DNA of 64,000 nt from an uncultured delta proteobacterium (lineage in GTDB: Bacteria; Myxococcota; Myxococcia; SLRQ01). The DNA is taken from the NCBI GenBank assembly GCA_963727485.1, contig CAVSGM010000001.1, positions 640,001-704,000 on the forward strand, in the 5' to 3' direction. Below the pieces are notes generated by a model, which was not told where the DNA came from, did no database searches, and saw only the letters and a program-made list of their open reading frames with translations. Position 1 is the stretch's first letter. The number at the start of each line of letters is the position of its first letter. The position numbers were made by a program, and so were the translations under genes. Below are positions 1-10,824 of this stretch, piece by piece.

Positions 1-3
1 GCG

Positions 4-327
4 TCAGCCCGTACGCCCGGTCACCGTATCGAGGACCGCCCGCTGGGGCGCCTCGGGATCCACCGCCACCGGCACCAGGTCGCCTCGCGCCAGCCCGCTC
101 GGCCCCGAGGTAATCGAGGGATCCCCCGCCCGGGTGGTGAACTGGTGGCTCGCACCGCCGACCCGGTAGCGGATGGTGAACGCCTCGCCGTCGCCCCCCC
201 GGCCGGCGAGGACCCGGTGCACCGCGACCACCTCCCCGGTGCGGTGGACGAAGCCGCTGGTGCGCGCGTGCTCCCAGGCGAAGGCGCCGACGCAGGTCAC
301 CAGCAGGAGGATCGCGGTGCGGATCAT
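4..327 (-). CDS. DUF3592-like small membrane-anchored protein
   Basis: N-terminal hydrophobic segment, then GEVVAV...IRYRVGG...GDLVPVAVDPEAPQRAVL, the pattern typical of DUF3592. Confidence 0.6.
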   Translation of the reverse strand: MIRTAILLLVTCVGAFAWEHARTSGFVHRTGEVVAVHRVLAGRGGDGEAFTIRYRVGGASHQFTTRAGDPSITSGPSGLARGDLVPVAVDPEAPQRAVLDTVTGRTG

Positions 328-388
328 CGCCGCGCGGGGGACGGAGCTTCATCGTTCGCATCCTCTCCGGCCGCCCGCCAGCGGCGCC

Positions 389-790
389 TCAGCCAGCCCT
401 GGTTCGCAGGTAGGCGAGGACCGCCGGCCAGTCCGGGAAGGCCTCCGACTTGAAGTGGATGTGCTCGCCATTGAACCGACCGACGCCATTCTTCGTCCGA
501 TCGTCCACCTGGAAGTCGCCCCGGTTCAACTCCTTGTGGTGGGTGAGGAGCCTGTCGGACCAGGCGGTCGGGTTCTCCCACGGCGAGGTGGACAGGATGT
601 AGGTGTCGAAGCGCCCGCAGAGCTCGGCGTAGGCCTCGAGGGCGCCGGGCATCGGGTCCATCTGGGAGAAGATGTCGGGCACCTCGTCGAGGCGGCCCTC
701 GAACTTCGTTCGAGTCGCCTCCGTGAGGTGGGTGACGCCGGCCTTGAGGTCGACGAGCACGTTGTCCGTTCCAACCCCGACGCTACGGCG
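389..790 (-). pseudogene. Degenerate 5'(3')-deoxyribonucleotidase (NT5C/HAD family)
   Basis: DNVLVD...EGRLDEVPDIFSQMDPMPGA...YILSTSPWENPTAWSD...THHKELNRGD..DDRTKNG...FPDW. The DxD motif reads GTD, the segment between WSD and LTHHK appears deleted, and there is no clear start. Confidence 0.65.
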
Positions 791-834
791 GGGGTGGTGG
801 CTCGGGGACCGGGCCCTGGTGAACGAGCGCTGGC

Positions 835-1111
835 TCAGCCCTCCCACCGGCTCGCAGGGATCCGCTGGAGGTGGATGTGGCTCGCCAGGCGGATGGTCGG
901 GCGGATGAGGAGCTGGAAGCTGCCGAGGATGAACAGCCAGGTCCCGGCCCCGGCCAGCTTCGGGTAGAGGAAGAGCACGCTGCCAATGAGGACCACAGCG
1001 CCACCAGGAAGTCGTTGGCGATGCTGGCGACCTCGTAGCGCCGACGATGACAATCTCGTCGTGGCCGATGGTGAGGGTGATGGGGTTGTCGAGCTGGTTG
1101 CCTTCCGTCAT
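835..1111 (-). pseudogene. YrhK-like membrane protein, split over three frames
   Basis: The fragments ITLTIGHDEIVI / RRRYEVASIANDFLVALW / IGSVLFLYP...GTWLFILGSFQLLIRPTIRL join into a YrhK-like sequence. Confidence 0.6.
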
Positions 1112-1140
1112 CTGGCGCTCCGGGGGTGGGGTGAGGGGTC

Positions 1141-1183
1141 CTGACGCCGGTCAGTGAGTCGGATGCGGGTTTGGAGTTAGGAT
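1141..1183 (+). promoter_or_regulatory. Candidate operator palindrome CTGAC-N4-GTCAG plus TAGGAT -10 element for a leaderless WYL gene
   Basis: Palindrome at 1141-1154; TAGGAT at 1178-1183 lies 6 nt before the ATG at 1190; no strong Shine-Dalgarno match. Confidence 0.35.
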
Positions 1184-1189
1184 GAATCA

Positions 1190-2164
1190 ATGCCCAAGGA
1201 CAGCACCCGGCGACTCCTCGACGTGGTCCTCACCCTGAGCACCGTCGGCGAGGTGGTCTCCCTCGACGCCCTGCGCCAGCGCTTCCCCGAGTACGATACC
1301 GCCGACCCCGAGGCCGGGCGCCGGACCTTCGAGCGGGACAAGGATCGGCTCCGGGAGCTGGGGCTGGTCCTCGAGCACGACGACGACGCCGGGGGCTACC
1401 GCCTCGATCCGAGGGCCTCGTTCCTCGCCCGGCCGGTGCCGCTGGCCGCCGGGGATCGGACCCTGCTCCTGGCCCTCGCCGAGGACGCCCTGGCGTCCCC
1501 GGGCTTTCCCTTCCCCGAGGCGCTGACCCTGGCCCTGGCCAAGATCGGTGGGGGCGCCGAGGGGCCGCGGCGTCTGCTGGTCCACCACCCGCTCCGGGAC
1601 GATCCCGAGGCGGTGGACGGGCACCTGGCGCGGCTGGACCTGGCGCTGGCCCGGCGCAAGCGCCTTCAGATGGTCTACCGGCCGGTGGGGCGCGAGGCGG
1701 GGAAGCGCACGGTGGAGCCCTATGGCCTCTTCCTCTCCGGCGGCCACTGGTACCTCTGCGGCCGGGACGTCGACCAGGATGCCATCCGCGTCTACCGCCT
1801 CTCGCGCCTCGAGCACCTCGCGGGCGAGGACCGGGCGCCGAAGTCGCCCGACTTCGAGGTCCCCGCGGACTTCCAGCTGCGCCATTACACGGGCCTCGAC
1901 CCGGTGCACTTCCACCTCCACGAGGCGATCACGGTCACGGTGCAGGTCGACGAGGAGGTCACCCACCTGGCCCGGCGCCTCTGGGGGCCGCCGGTGGACG
2001 GGGAGGCGACCCGGTTCACCTTCGAGACCACCAACGCCGACGCGGTGGTCGACCAGGTGCTCGAGCTCGGGCGCCGGGCGGAGATCCTCGCGCCCGATGC
2101 CGTGCGCGCCCGGATGGCCGAGGCCCTGACCGCGATCCTCGATGCGCACGGGGGGGAGCGATGA
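1190..2164 (+). CDS. WYL-domain transcriptional regulator, PafB-like
   Basis: wHTH with RRTFERDKDRLRELG; WYL core RTVEPYGL...HWYLCGRDVDQDAIRVYRLSRL; WCX tail. Confidence 0.9.
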   Translation: MPKDSTRRLLDVVLTLSTVGEVVSLDALRQRFPEYDTADPEAGRRTFERDKDRLRELGLVLEHDDDAGGYRLDPRASFLARPVPLAAGDRTLLLALAEDALASPGFPFPEALTLALAKIGGGAEGPRRLLVHHPLRDDPEAVDGHLARLDLALARRKRLQMVYRPVGREAGKRTVEPYGLFLSGGHWYLCGRDVDQDAIRVYRLSRLEHLAGEDRAPKSPDFEVPADFQLRHYTGLDPVHFHLHEAITVTVQVDEEVTHLARRLWGPPVDGEATRFTFETTNADAVVDQVLELGRRAEILAPDAVRARMAEALTAILDAHGGER

Positions 2165-3057
2165 CGCGACCGAGGTGGGCCTCGATCCAGGCGGCGCTGC
2201 TCCTGGTCGCCGACGACGACGCCCGGGGCCCGGGGGTGCCGGTGGCCGAGCTCTCGCGCCTGCTGGGGCTGCCGCCGCGGGGCGTGACCCGGTGGGTCGA
2301 GCGCCTCGCCGGCGCCGGCGATCCCACCGGCGACCCGGGCGACCTGCTCGACGTGGAGGTCGAGGACGGCCGGGTGCGGGTGCACATGGGCCCCTGGCTC
2401 CGCGGCCCCCTGCGGCTCACCACCCCCGAGGTGGTGGCGCTCCTGGTGGTCCTCCGCCAGGCGCCGACCGAGGGGGCCGACGACGCCCTCGCCGCCCGGG
2501 TCTTGGCCCTCCGCCAGCGCCTCCTCGCCCTCGCCGCCGAGGGCGCCGGCACCGTCGCCGAGGATCTCGGCGAGCGCATCGCCGTCGACGCCGGGGGCGA
2601 GGCGCCGGCCCACCTCGCCGCCCTGCGCGCCGCGGTGGAGGGCCACCGGGTGGTCGAGCTCGCCTACTACAGCGCCTCCGCCGACCAGGTGCGCCAGTGG
2701 CCGATCAAGCCCTGCGCCCTGGTCCAGCACGGCGGCACCTGGTACGTGGTCACCGACCGGGGGTGGTCCCTGCGCCTCTCGCGCATCCGCCACCTCGCCG
2801 AGACCGGCGAGACCTTCGAGCCTCCGGCGGACCTCGACCTCGGGCGGTGGCGCCAGGACGTGATGTTCCACGGTGAGGACCTGGAGCCGGTGGTCCTGCA
2901 GACGCCCCGGGGCCGCCGGGAGATGCCCACCGCCAGCCGCACCCAGCTCGCCGCCTGGGTGCGCCGCCACCGGGGCGCGGTGCGGGTGGTGGAGCCCGAC
3001 GACCTGCGGCAGTCCATCGCCGAGGAGGCCCGAGCGCTCCTCGCGCGCTACCTGTGA
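2161..3057 (+). CDS. WYL-domain regulator, PafC-like
   Basis: PLRLTTPEVVALL, YYSASAD, GTWYVV...LRLSRI; 4-bp overlap with the upstream WYL gene. Confidence 0.85.
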   Translation: MTRPRWASIQAALLLVADDDARGPGVPVAELSRLLGLPPRGVTRWVERLAGAGDPTGDPGDLLDVEVEDGRVRVHMGPWLRGPLRLTTPEVVALLVVLRQAPTEGADDALAARVLALRQRLLALAAEGAGTVAEDLGERIAVDAGGEAPAHLAALRAAVEGHRVVELAYYSASADQVRQWPIKPCALVQHGGTWYVVTDRGWSLRLSRIRHLAETGETFEPPADLDLGRWRQDVMFHGEDLEPVVLQTPRGRREMPTASRTQLAAWVRRHRGAVRVVEPDDLRQSIAEEARALLARYL

Positions 3058-3100
3058 GCGCCCGCCGCGTCCGGATCCGACACACCCTCGAGACATACTG

Positions 3101-3463
3101 ATGCCCATGGTCGCCCCCCGCACCTCCGCCACCCACCCCCTGCGGGTGGACTGGCTGCGCACCCCGGGCCCCGAGCGCCTGGGCCTGACCCTGGCGCCGG
3201 GCAGGCAGGGCGGCACGGTCTACGGCGACGCCCCCGGGCGCCGGGACCTCGACGAGGACCTCGACCGGCTGGTGCACCACTACCGGGTGGCGCGGCTGGT
3301 GAGCCTCGTCCCGGACCGGGAGCTGGCGCAGTACCGCATCCCCCGCCTCCTCGACGCCGCCCTCGCCGAGCTCGCCGAGGTCCGCTCCCCCAACTGCCCG
3401 GAGAACGACCGCCAGCGCGCCTTCATCCGCCACTGGGCGCGGCGCCCGGAGACGGGGCGATGA
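3101..3463 (+). pseudogene. CDKN3-like/dual-specificity phosphatase with internal deletion of the catalytic loop
   Basis: RTSATHPLRVDWL...LGLTLAPGR...RDLDEDLDRL...LVSLV N-terminus joined directly to the VRSPNCPENDRQRAFI tail; no HCxxGxGR motif. Confidence 0.65.
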
Positions 3464-4456
3464 CGGGACGGGCAGACGACGCGGTCGCCGGCGCCGGGCG
3501 TCCCGCGCCGGACCGGGCCGCCCGGATCACCGGCGCCGTCCTCGGGGGCGCCATCGGCGACGCCCTCGGCGCGCCGGTGGAGTTCCTCGGCAGTGTCGAC
3601 GCGATCCGCCGGGCGTTCCCCCCGGACGGCATCACCGGCTTCGTCCACTGGGGCCACGGCGTCGGCGGCCTCGACCGCTACGGCACCTACACCGACGACA
3701 CCCAGATGTCCGAGGTGGTCCTCCGCGCCCTCCTCGACGCCCGGGACGAAGGCGACGACCTCGCCGCCACCATGCAGCGCCTCGCCGACGGGATTCGTCG
3801 CCTGGGCCGACGCGCCCCTCGGGGGCCACCGGGCCCCGGGGCGCGCCTGCCTCGCCGGGTGCCACCGCCTGGGGGCCGGCGTCCCCTGGCACCAGGCCGG
3901 GGGCCCCGACGCCGGGGGCTGCGGCTCGGTGATGCGGGTCCACCCCTTCGGCCTGGTCTTCGCCGACGATCCCGAGCAGGCCGAGGAGTGGGCGGTGTCC
4001 CACTCGCGCCTCACCCACCGGGCGCCCATCGCCTTCGCCGCCTGCGCCGGCATGACCGCCGCCGTCGCCGCCCTGGTCCGGGGCGAGCGCGCCGACGCGG
4101 CCCTCGGCGCCATGGTCGACGCCGCCGGGCGCTACGACCGGGGCACCGCGGGCATGATCGCCGAGGCCCTCGACGACGCCCGGGCCGGCGCGGAGCCCGG
4201 GGTGGTGCTCCGCCGGCTCCAGGGCTGGGCGGCCCACGAGGCCGTCGCCGCCGCCGCCTATCTGTTTGCCCGGCACCCCGGCGACGCCCGGGCCTGCCTC
4301 CTCGAGGGTGCCAACAGCCCTGGCGACAGCGACTCCCTGGCGAGCATGGCCGGGGTCCTCTCCGGCGCACACCTGGGCGTCGGGGCCTTCCCCGCCGAGT
4401 GGGTCGCCGAGGTCGAGCGGTCCGAGGCGCTCAGGGCGCTGGCGGGGCGGGTGTAG
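3460..4456 (+). CDS. ADP-ribosylglycohydrolase (DraG/ARH family), frameshift near 3790
   Basis: GGAIGDALGAPVEF, YTDDTQM, GCGSVMR and GDSDSLASMAG motifs spread over two frames. Confidence 0.9.
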
Positions 4457-4637
4457 CCGCGCGGCCGCCCGGTTCGAGGAAGCCCGCCTCGAAGCCCCAC
4501 GCCCGCGCCGTCTCGGTGAAGTAAGGGCGGATCCCTCGGCGTTGCCGGGATGTCACTTGCCCACCGGGGGGCCGGCCCGTATCCAGGGCCCCGCAGCCGG
4601 CGGGCCGATCCCCACGCCCGCCGCCCCGGAGGTGCCC

Positions 4638-5938
4638 GTGCGCTACATCCTGCTCGTCCTCGCGTTGGGTCTGGTGGTCCCCGGCTGCGACTGCGGGGGC
4701 ACCGCGCTCCAGCACACCGACCCCTGCCTCACCGACCCGGCGTCCTGCCCCGCCGACGCGGGGACCCCGCCCCCGGTGGTCGACGCCGGGACCCCGCCGC
4801 CCCCGGTGGACGCGGGCACGCCGCCCGCCGCCGCCGCCGCCCCCGCCGCCGGTGGATGGCGGCACCCCCGACGCCGGCCCGCCGCCTCCGCCCCCGCCGC
4901 CGACCTGCACCTACGGCGCGGTCACCGGCCGGGTCTGCGCCACCGACCAGCAGACCTGGGTGGGCGGCGCCACCGTCACCCTCGACGCCACCGACTGCAA
5001 CGGCAACCCGGTGCACCGCACCACCACCTCCGCCGCCGACGGCAGCTTCCAGCTCCTCGCCGTCCCCGCCGGGAGCTGGACCGTCCACGCCGCCCTCGGC
5101 GCCTTCCAGCAGGACACCCCGGTCACGGTGAGCGCGGGCCTGACCACCCAGATCCCCGACAACCAGCTCTGCGTCGCCCAGAAGACGGTGAAGATCGCGG
5201 TGATCACCGGCTCTGGCGACAAGATTGAGAACCTCCTCGACACCCTCAAGCTCACCTACACGATCTACGGCGGCACCAGCACCACCTACGCCAGCCAGGC
5301 CGAGCCCTTCCTCGAGAACCTCAAGGAGATGGAGCAGTACGACCTCATCTTCGTGGACTGCGCCGCGGCGCGCTCGAGCGGCAAGGAGGACTTCGGGTCC
5401 AACGCGTCGCTCATCGAGCAGAACCTGAAGCAGTACGTGGCCGACGGCGGGTCCATCTACGCCTCGGACTGGGCGCTGCTCTTCACCGTCTACGCCCACC
5501 CCGGCGACTTCGACTACCTCACCAGCACCGGCTCCCCCGTGGCCGACCCCCAGGCGACCAACCAGCTTCATGGGCTACGCGCCCCAGACGGTGACCGCGG
5601 ACATCGCCGACCCGGGCCTCGCCGCCTTCGTGGGCAAGCAGCAGGTCTCCATCGCCTTCCCCCGGGGGGGTGGGGTCTCCAGCCTCCACTGGGGCCTGAT
5701 GCAGACCGTGGACCCCAAGGCCAAGGTCCTGGTGAGCGCCCGGTCCCTGACCACCTGCGACGGGACCTCGAGCTGCGGCGCCGGGCCCACCGCCAGAAAC
5801 GTGCCCCTCGCGGTCGAGTACAAGGTGACCCCCGCCGACCAGAAGGGCGGCGACATCATCTACACCTCGTTCCACAACATCGCCCAGACCGGGCCCGACG
5901 TGGCGCAGATCCTAAAGTACATCGTGCTCCACCTCTAG
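4638..5938 (+). CDS. Myxobacterial lipoprotein with Pro-rich linker, carboxypeptidase-regulatory-like domain and a possible class I GATase-like domain; frameshifts near 4830 and 5560
   Basis: GGAGG RBS and GTG start; signal VRYILLVLALGLVVPGC-DC; DAGTPPP repeats; ADGSFQLLAVPAGSWTV; YDLIFVDC...YVADGGSIYASDWA. Confidence 0.6.
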
Positions 5939-6102
5939 GAGTCCGGTGGGGGCGCCGCAGCGCCGGCCGCGGGGTTTCTCGACCCGGGGCGGGGCATCGT
6001 CCCGCGGGCACGGTATACTCGCCCAGGTTGGCGTGCTGGGCGCCGGAGGGTGATTGCTCGACCCGACCCTCCGCCACGCCCCTGGCCGGGAAGGAGCGCG
6101 GG

Positions 6103-8710
6103 ATGGGTCCCGAGGTGGGGTGGGCCAGCGCGGCCCTGGACCGGCTGCGCGAGGGGTGTCGGATCCTCGACGCCGAGGACCGCTACCGGTACGCCAACGA
6201 CGCCGCCCTGCGGCAGCTACGGACCACCCGCGAGGGCCTCCTTGGGCGCGCGCTCCTCGAGGTGTTCCCGGAGGCCAGGCACTCGGAGGTGGTGGCCGCG
6301 GTCCACCGGTGCCGCGACCAGGGCGCCGTCCAGGACCTGGAGGCGACCCACGTCTTCCCCGGCGGCGACCGCGCCACCTTCGACCTGCGCCTCGAGCCCT
6401 TTGACGACGGGGTGCTCATCCTCTCCCGGGAGATCACCGCCCAGCGTCACGCCGAGGCGGCCCTGGCCCGGACCAGCCGGGCGCTGGTCACCCTGAGCGA
6501 GTGCAACCAGGCGCTGGTGCGCGCCACCGACCGGGGCGCCTTCCTCCAGGCGGTGTGCGCCGTCGCCGTGGAGCGGGGGGGCTACCGGATGGCCTGGGTG
6601 GGGATGAAGGCGCCGGGCCCCGAGCGGTCGGTGGCGCCGGTGGCCCATGCCGGCATCGACGACGGCTATCTGGCGCAGCTCCGGGTCACCTGGGACGCCC
6701 GCCCGCGGGGGCAGGGGCCGACGGGGCGGGCGGTGCGCGACGGGGAGGTGGTCAGCGCCCGGTTCATCGCCACCGACGCCACCTTCGACCCCTGGCGGGA
6801 GGCGGCCCTGGCCCGGGGCTTCGCCTCGTCCCTCGCCCTGCCCATCCGCCAGGCGGGCGAGGTGGTGGGCGCCCTGACCCTCTACGCCGGTGAGCCCGAC
6901 GCCTTCGACCACGACGAGCGGGCCCTGCTCGCCGAGCTCGCCGAGGACCTCGGCTACGGCCTCGAGGTGCTGACGACCCGCGCGGCCCGGGCGCGCGCCG
7001 AGGCCCACGTGGCCCACCTCAACGCCGTGCTCCGAGGCATCCGCGAGGTCAACCGGCTCATCGGCCAGGAGACCGAACGGTCGCGCCTGCTCCAGCAATC
7101 CTGCGAGGTCCTGGTGGCCTCCGGGGCCTTCACCGGCGCTGCGGTGCTCCTGGCCGACGACCTCGGACCCCCGAGCCTGGTGGCCGCCGCGGGCTTCGGT
7201 CCCAAGGCCCGGGCCCTCGAAGCGCTCACCGCCGGCGGCGTGCTCCCCGACTGCGCCCGGGAAGCGCTCACCGGACGGGCGCCGGTGGTCCGCCACGGCC
7301 CCCGGGACGCGTGCCAGGGGTGCCCGGTGGCGGCGTCCCACGACGACGAGGACAGCGTGGCGGTGCGCCTCGCCCACGGGGACCGGATCTTCGGGGTCCT
7401 CCTCGCCGACGCGCGCCGGGACACCGCCGGCGAGGCCGACGAGCTCGCCCTCCTCGAGGAGGTGGCCGGCGACCTCGCGCGGGCCCTGGAGGCCTTCTCG
7501 CTCCGGGAGGCCCTCGACGACGAGGCGGCAAGGACCCGGGCGGTGGAGGCGCGCCTGCGCCAGACCCAGCGCCTGGAGGCGGTGGGCCGCCTGGCCGGGG
7601 GCGTGGCCCACGACTTCAACAACCTCCTCACGGTGATCAACAACTACGCGGCCCTCGCCCTCGACGGTCTCGGCGAGACCGATCCCGTCCGCGAGGACCT
7701 GACCGAGGTGCGCCGGGCCGGATCCCGGGCCGCCGAGCTCACCCGCCAGCTCCTCGCCTTCAGCCGGCGGCAGGTGTTGGAGGTGTCGGTCCTCGACCTC
7801 GGCGAGGTGCTCTCGGAGGTGGAGAAGATGCTCCGCCGGGTCCTCGGCGAGGACGTGGAGCTGCGGCTCGAACGCGATCCCGACCTGGGCCGGGTGAGGG
7901 CCGACCGGGGGCAGCTCGAGCAGGTGGTGATGAACCTGGTGGTCAACGCCCGGGACGCCATGCCCGACGGGGGTCGCCTGGTCCTCGAGACCCGGAATGT
8001 CGAGCTCGAGGCCGACGACCTGGCGCAGCACCCTCAAGGTCGCCCCCGGGCCCTTCGTGATGCTCGCGGTCACCGACACCGGCAGCGGCATGGACGAGGC
8101 GACCCGGGCCCACGCCTTCGAGCCCTTCTACACCACCAAGGCCAAGGGCAAGGGGACCGGCCTCGGCCTCTCCACCGTCTTCGGCATCGTGACCCAGAGC
8201 GGTGGGGCCCTGTCCCTGGACAGCGCCCCGGGGCGGGGCACCTGCCTGCGGATCTACCTGCCCCGGGTCGACGGCGTGGGGACCCCCGCCCGCCCCGAGC
8301 CGCAGGCCGAGGCGCCGGGGGCAGGGGAGACGGTGCTGGTGGTCGAGGACGAGGCGGCGGTGCGGCGCCTCGTGGTCCGCATCCTCACCGACGCCGGCTA
8401 CCGGGTGCGCGCCGCCGAAAGCGGCGCCGAGGCCCTCGAGACCTGGGCGGCGGACCCCGGGGCCTACGACCTGGTGCTCACCGACGTGGTGATGCCGGGG
8501 ATGAACGGTCGCGAGCTGGTCGACCAGCTCCGGGCGAAGGCGCCGACCCTCCGCGTCCTCTACATGTCCGGCTACCCCGAGGACGCCATCGGGCACCACG
8601 GCGTCCTGGATCCAGGGACCTGGTTCCTGGGCAAGCCCTTCTCGGGGGTGGCGCTCACCCGGAAGGTGCGCGAGGTGCTCGCCGCCGCCGTGCCCGCGCC
8701 CGGCTCCTAG
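6103..8710 (+). CDS. Hybrid sensor histidine kinase PAS-GAF-GAF-HisKA-HATPase-REC, frameshift near 8031
   Basis: AGGVAHDFNNLL H-box, NLVVNARDAM N-box, DTGSGM/GTGLGL G-boxes, receiver VLVVEDE...LTDVVMP...KPF. Confidence 0.93.
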
Positions 8711-10566
8711 AGCGCCTGGGCCCGGGTGCGGATGGCCTCGGTCACCTTCTCCACGAAGGTATCGAGCGGCATCGTCTCCTGGTCGCGCCGGCCGTGGCGC
8801 CGGAGGGTCACCGTCTTGTCCTCGACCTCGCGCTCACCGAGCACCAGGACGTTGGGGATCTTGAGGGTGGCGGCGGTGCGCACCTTCTTGGAGACGGTCT
8901 CCGAGGAGTGGTCGAGCTCGGCGCGGACGAACTGCGCCCGCAGGGCGTCGACCACCTTCTGGCCGTAGTCGTCGAAGCGGTCGGAGACGGTGAGCACCCG
9001 CACCTGCACCGGCGCCAGCCAGGTGGGGAAGGCGCCGCCGTAGTGCTCGATGAGAAACGCCACGAACCGCTCGTGGGTCCCGAGCGGCGCCCGGTGGATG
9101 GCGTAGGGGGTGTGCTCGGCGCCGTCGGGGCCCACGTACTTGAGGCCCAGGCGCTCGGGGACCGCGAAGTCGAGCTGGTTGGTGGAGGCGGTCTCCTCGC
9201 GGCCGGTGACGGTGCGGAACTGCACGTCGATCTTGGGGCCGTAGAACGCCGCCTCGCCCTTGACCTCGGTGAAGGGCAGGCCGCTTTGCTCCATGGCCTC
9301 GCGGACCAGCTTCTGGGTCCGCTCCCAGGCGCCGGGGTTGTCGACGTACTTCTGCTTGCCCTTGGGGTCCTCGGGATCCCAGGTGGAGAAGCGCATGTAG
9401 TAGTCGGTGAGCCCGAGGATCTCGTAGACCTCCCGGTGCATGTCCATCACCTTGAGGAACTCCTCGGTGATCTGCTCCTCGGTGCAGTAGATGTGCGCGT
9501 CGTTCATCGCCATCCCCCGCACCCGCAGCAGGCCCGAGAGCGCCCCGCTGTCCTCGAAGCGGTAGACCTGCCCGTACTCGGCGAGGCGCAGGGGCAGCTC
9601 CCGGTAGCTGCGCGGCCTCGCCGCGAAGATCCGGTGGTGGTGGGGGCAGTTCATCGGCTTGAGGGCGTAGGTCTCGACGACCTCCTCGACCTCGCCGGCC
9701 TCGGTCTCCCGGGTCTCCTTGAGCTCCATGAACGGGTACATGTGCTCGGCGTAGTAGGGGAGGTGACCGGTCTGGTAGTAGAGCTCGGTCTTGGCCAGGT
9801 GCGGGGTCGCCACCCGGACGTAGCCCGCCTTGAACTCGAGCTCCTTGGCGAGCTTCTCGATCTCGTCGCGGATGACGGTGCCGTTGGGGAGCCACAGGGG
9901 CAGGCCCTTGCCGATGACGTCGTCGATGACGAAGATCTCGAGCTGCTTGCCGAGCTTCTTGTGGTCCCGGGCGAGCGCCTCCTGGTACGCCTTCACGTGG
10001 GCGTCGAGCTCCTCCTTGGAGGGGAAGGCCCAGGCGTAGATCCGGGTCATCATCGCCTTGCGCGAGTCGCCCCGCCAGTAGGCCCCGGCGATGCTCCGCA
10101 GCTTGAAGGCCGAGGTGGGGATCTTGCGGGTGGCCTCGACGTGGGGGCCCTCGCACATGTCGAGGAACGGACCGCTCCGGTAGAAGGAGAGGGTCTCGAG
10201 GCCCTTCTTCTCGAAGAGCTCCTCGGCGTACTCGCGCTTGTAGGGCTCGCCCATCTCGTCGAGGCGCGCCATGGCGGCGTCGTAGGGCAGCTCCTCGCGC
10301 TCGAACTTCTCGTTCTGCTTGATGATGTGCTTCATCCGCTTCTCGATCGCCGGGAAGTCCTCCTCGGTGATCGGCGAGCTGGGGATGAAGTCGTAGTAGA
10401 AGCCGTCGGCGATGGGCGGCCCGAAGCCGAGCTTGGTGCCGGGCTTGAGGTCGAGGACCGCCTGGGCCATCACGTGGGCCAGGCTGTGGCGCATCCGGTA
10501 GAGGGCGTCGTCCGCGTGGGGGCCCTGGCCGTCGTGCTGCGCCTGCTCGTTTGCGTCCTGCTGCAT
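8707..10566 (-). CDS. thrS: Threonine--tRNA ligase (apparently lacking the N-terminal TGS domain)
   Basis: RHSLAHVMAQAV, DMCEGPH, KPMNCPHH, GEAAFYGPKID, IEHYGGAFPTWLAPVQV. Confidence 0.97.
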   Translation of the reverse strand: MQQDANEQAQHDGQGPHADDALYRMRHSLAHVMAQAVLDLKPGTKLGFGPPIADGFYYDFIPSSPITEEDFPAIEKRMKHIIKQNEKFEREELPYDAAMARLDEMGEPYKREYAEELFEKKGLETLSFYRSGPFLDMCEGPHVEATRKIPTSAFKLRSIAGAYWRGDSRKAMMTRIYAWAFPSKEELDAHVKAYQEALARDHKKLGKQLEIFVIDDVIGKGLPLWLPNGTVIRDEIEKLAKELEFKAGYVRVATPHLAKTELYYQTGHLPYYAEHMYPFMELKETRETEAGEVEEVVETYALKPMNCPHHHRIFAARPRSYRELPLRLAEYGQVYRFEDSGALSGLLRVRGMAMNDAHIYCTEEQITEEFLKVMDMHREVYEILGLTDYYMRFSTWDPEDPKGKQKYVDNPGAWERTQKLVREAMEQSGLPFTEVKGEAAFYGPKIDVQFRTVTGREETASTNQLDFAVPERLGLKYVGPDGAEHTPYAIHRAPLGTHERFVAFLIEHYGGAFPTWLAPVQVRVLTVSDRFDDYGQKVVDALRAQFVRAELDHSSETVSKKVRTAATLKIPNVLVLGEREVEDKTVTLRRHGRRDQETMPLDTFVEKVTEAIRTRAQAL

Positions 10567-10824
10567 CGCTGCTGTCCTTGGGTGCCGTGCGGGGGCATGG
10601 CCCGCCCCGCGGGAGGCCCGACCCACACACCCGTGGGCCGGCGGCCTTCTCGCTTATGCGAAAAGCCCTGGCGCTTCAACCGCCGGGGCAGGCGGGGATT
10701 CCGGGCGGGCTCGGTGCCGGCCCGGAGAATGCACAGCTCTCGCCACTGAAGGCTCGGTGCGCGGGGGAGGCGCAGAGTCTGCGTATCCGCCCCTGCCTGA
10801 CGCAAAAAACGCACCGGAGACCCG

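Noticed and set aside
4852..10749. 1965-aa ORF suggesting a giant fusion protein
   Set aside because: It is a chimera of a lipoprotein segment, the kinase N-terminal part and antisense thrS, produced by frameshifts and stop-codon scarcity in high-GC DNA
10567..10824. T-box or other leader RNA upstream of thrS
   Set aside because: No T-box consensus or terminator with a U-tract is visible
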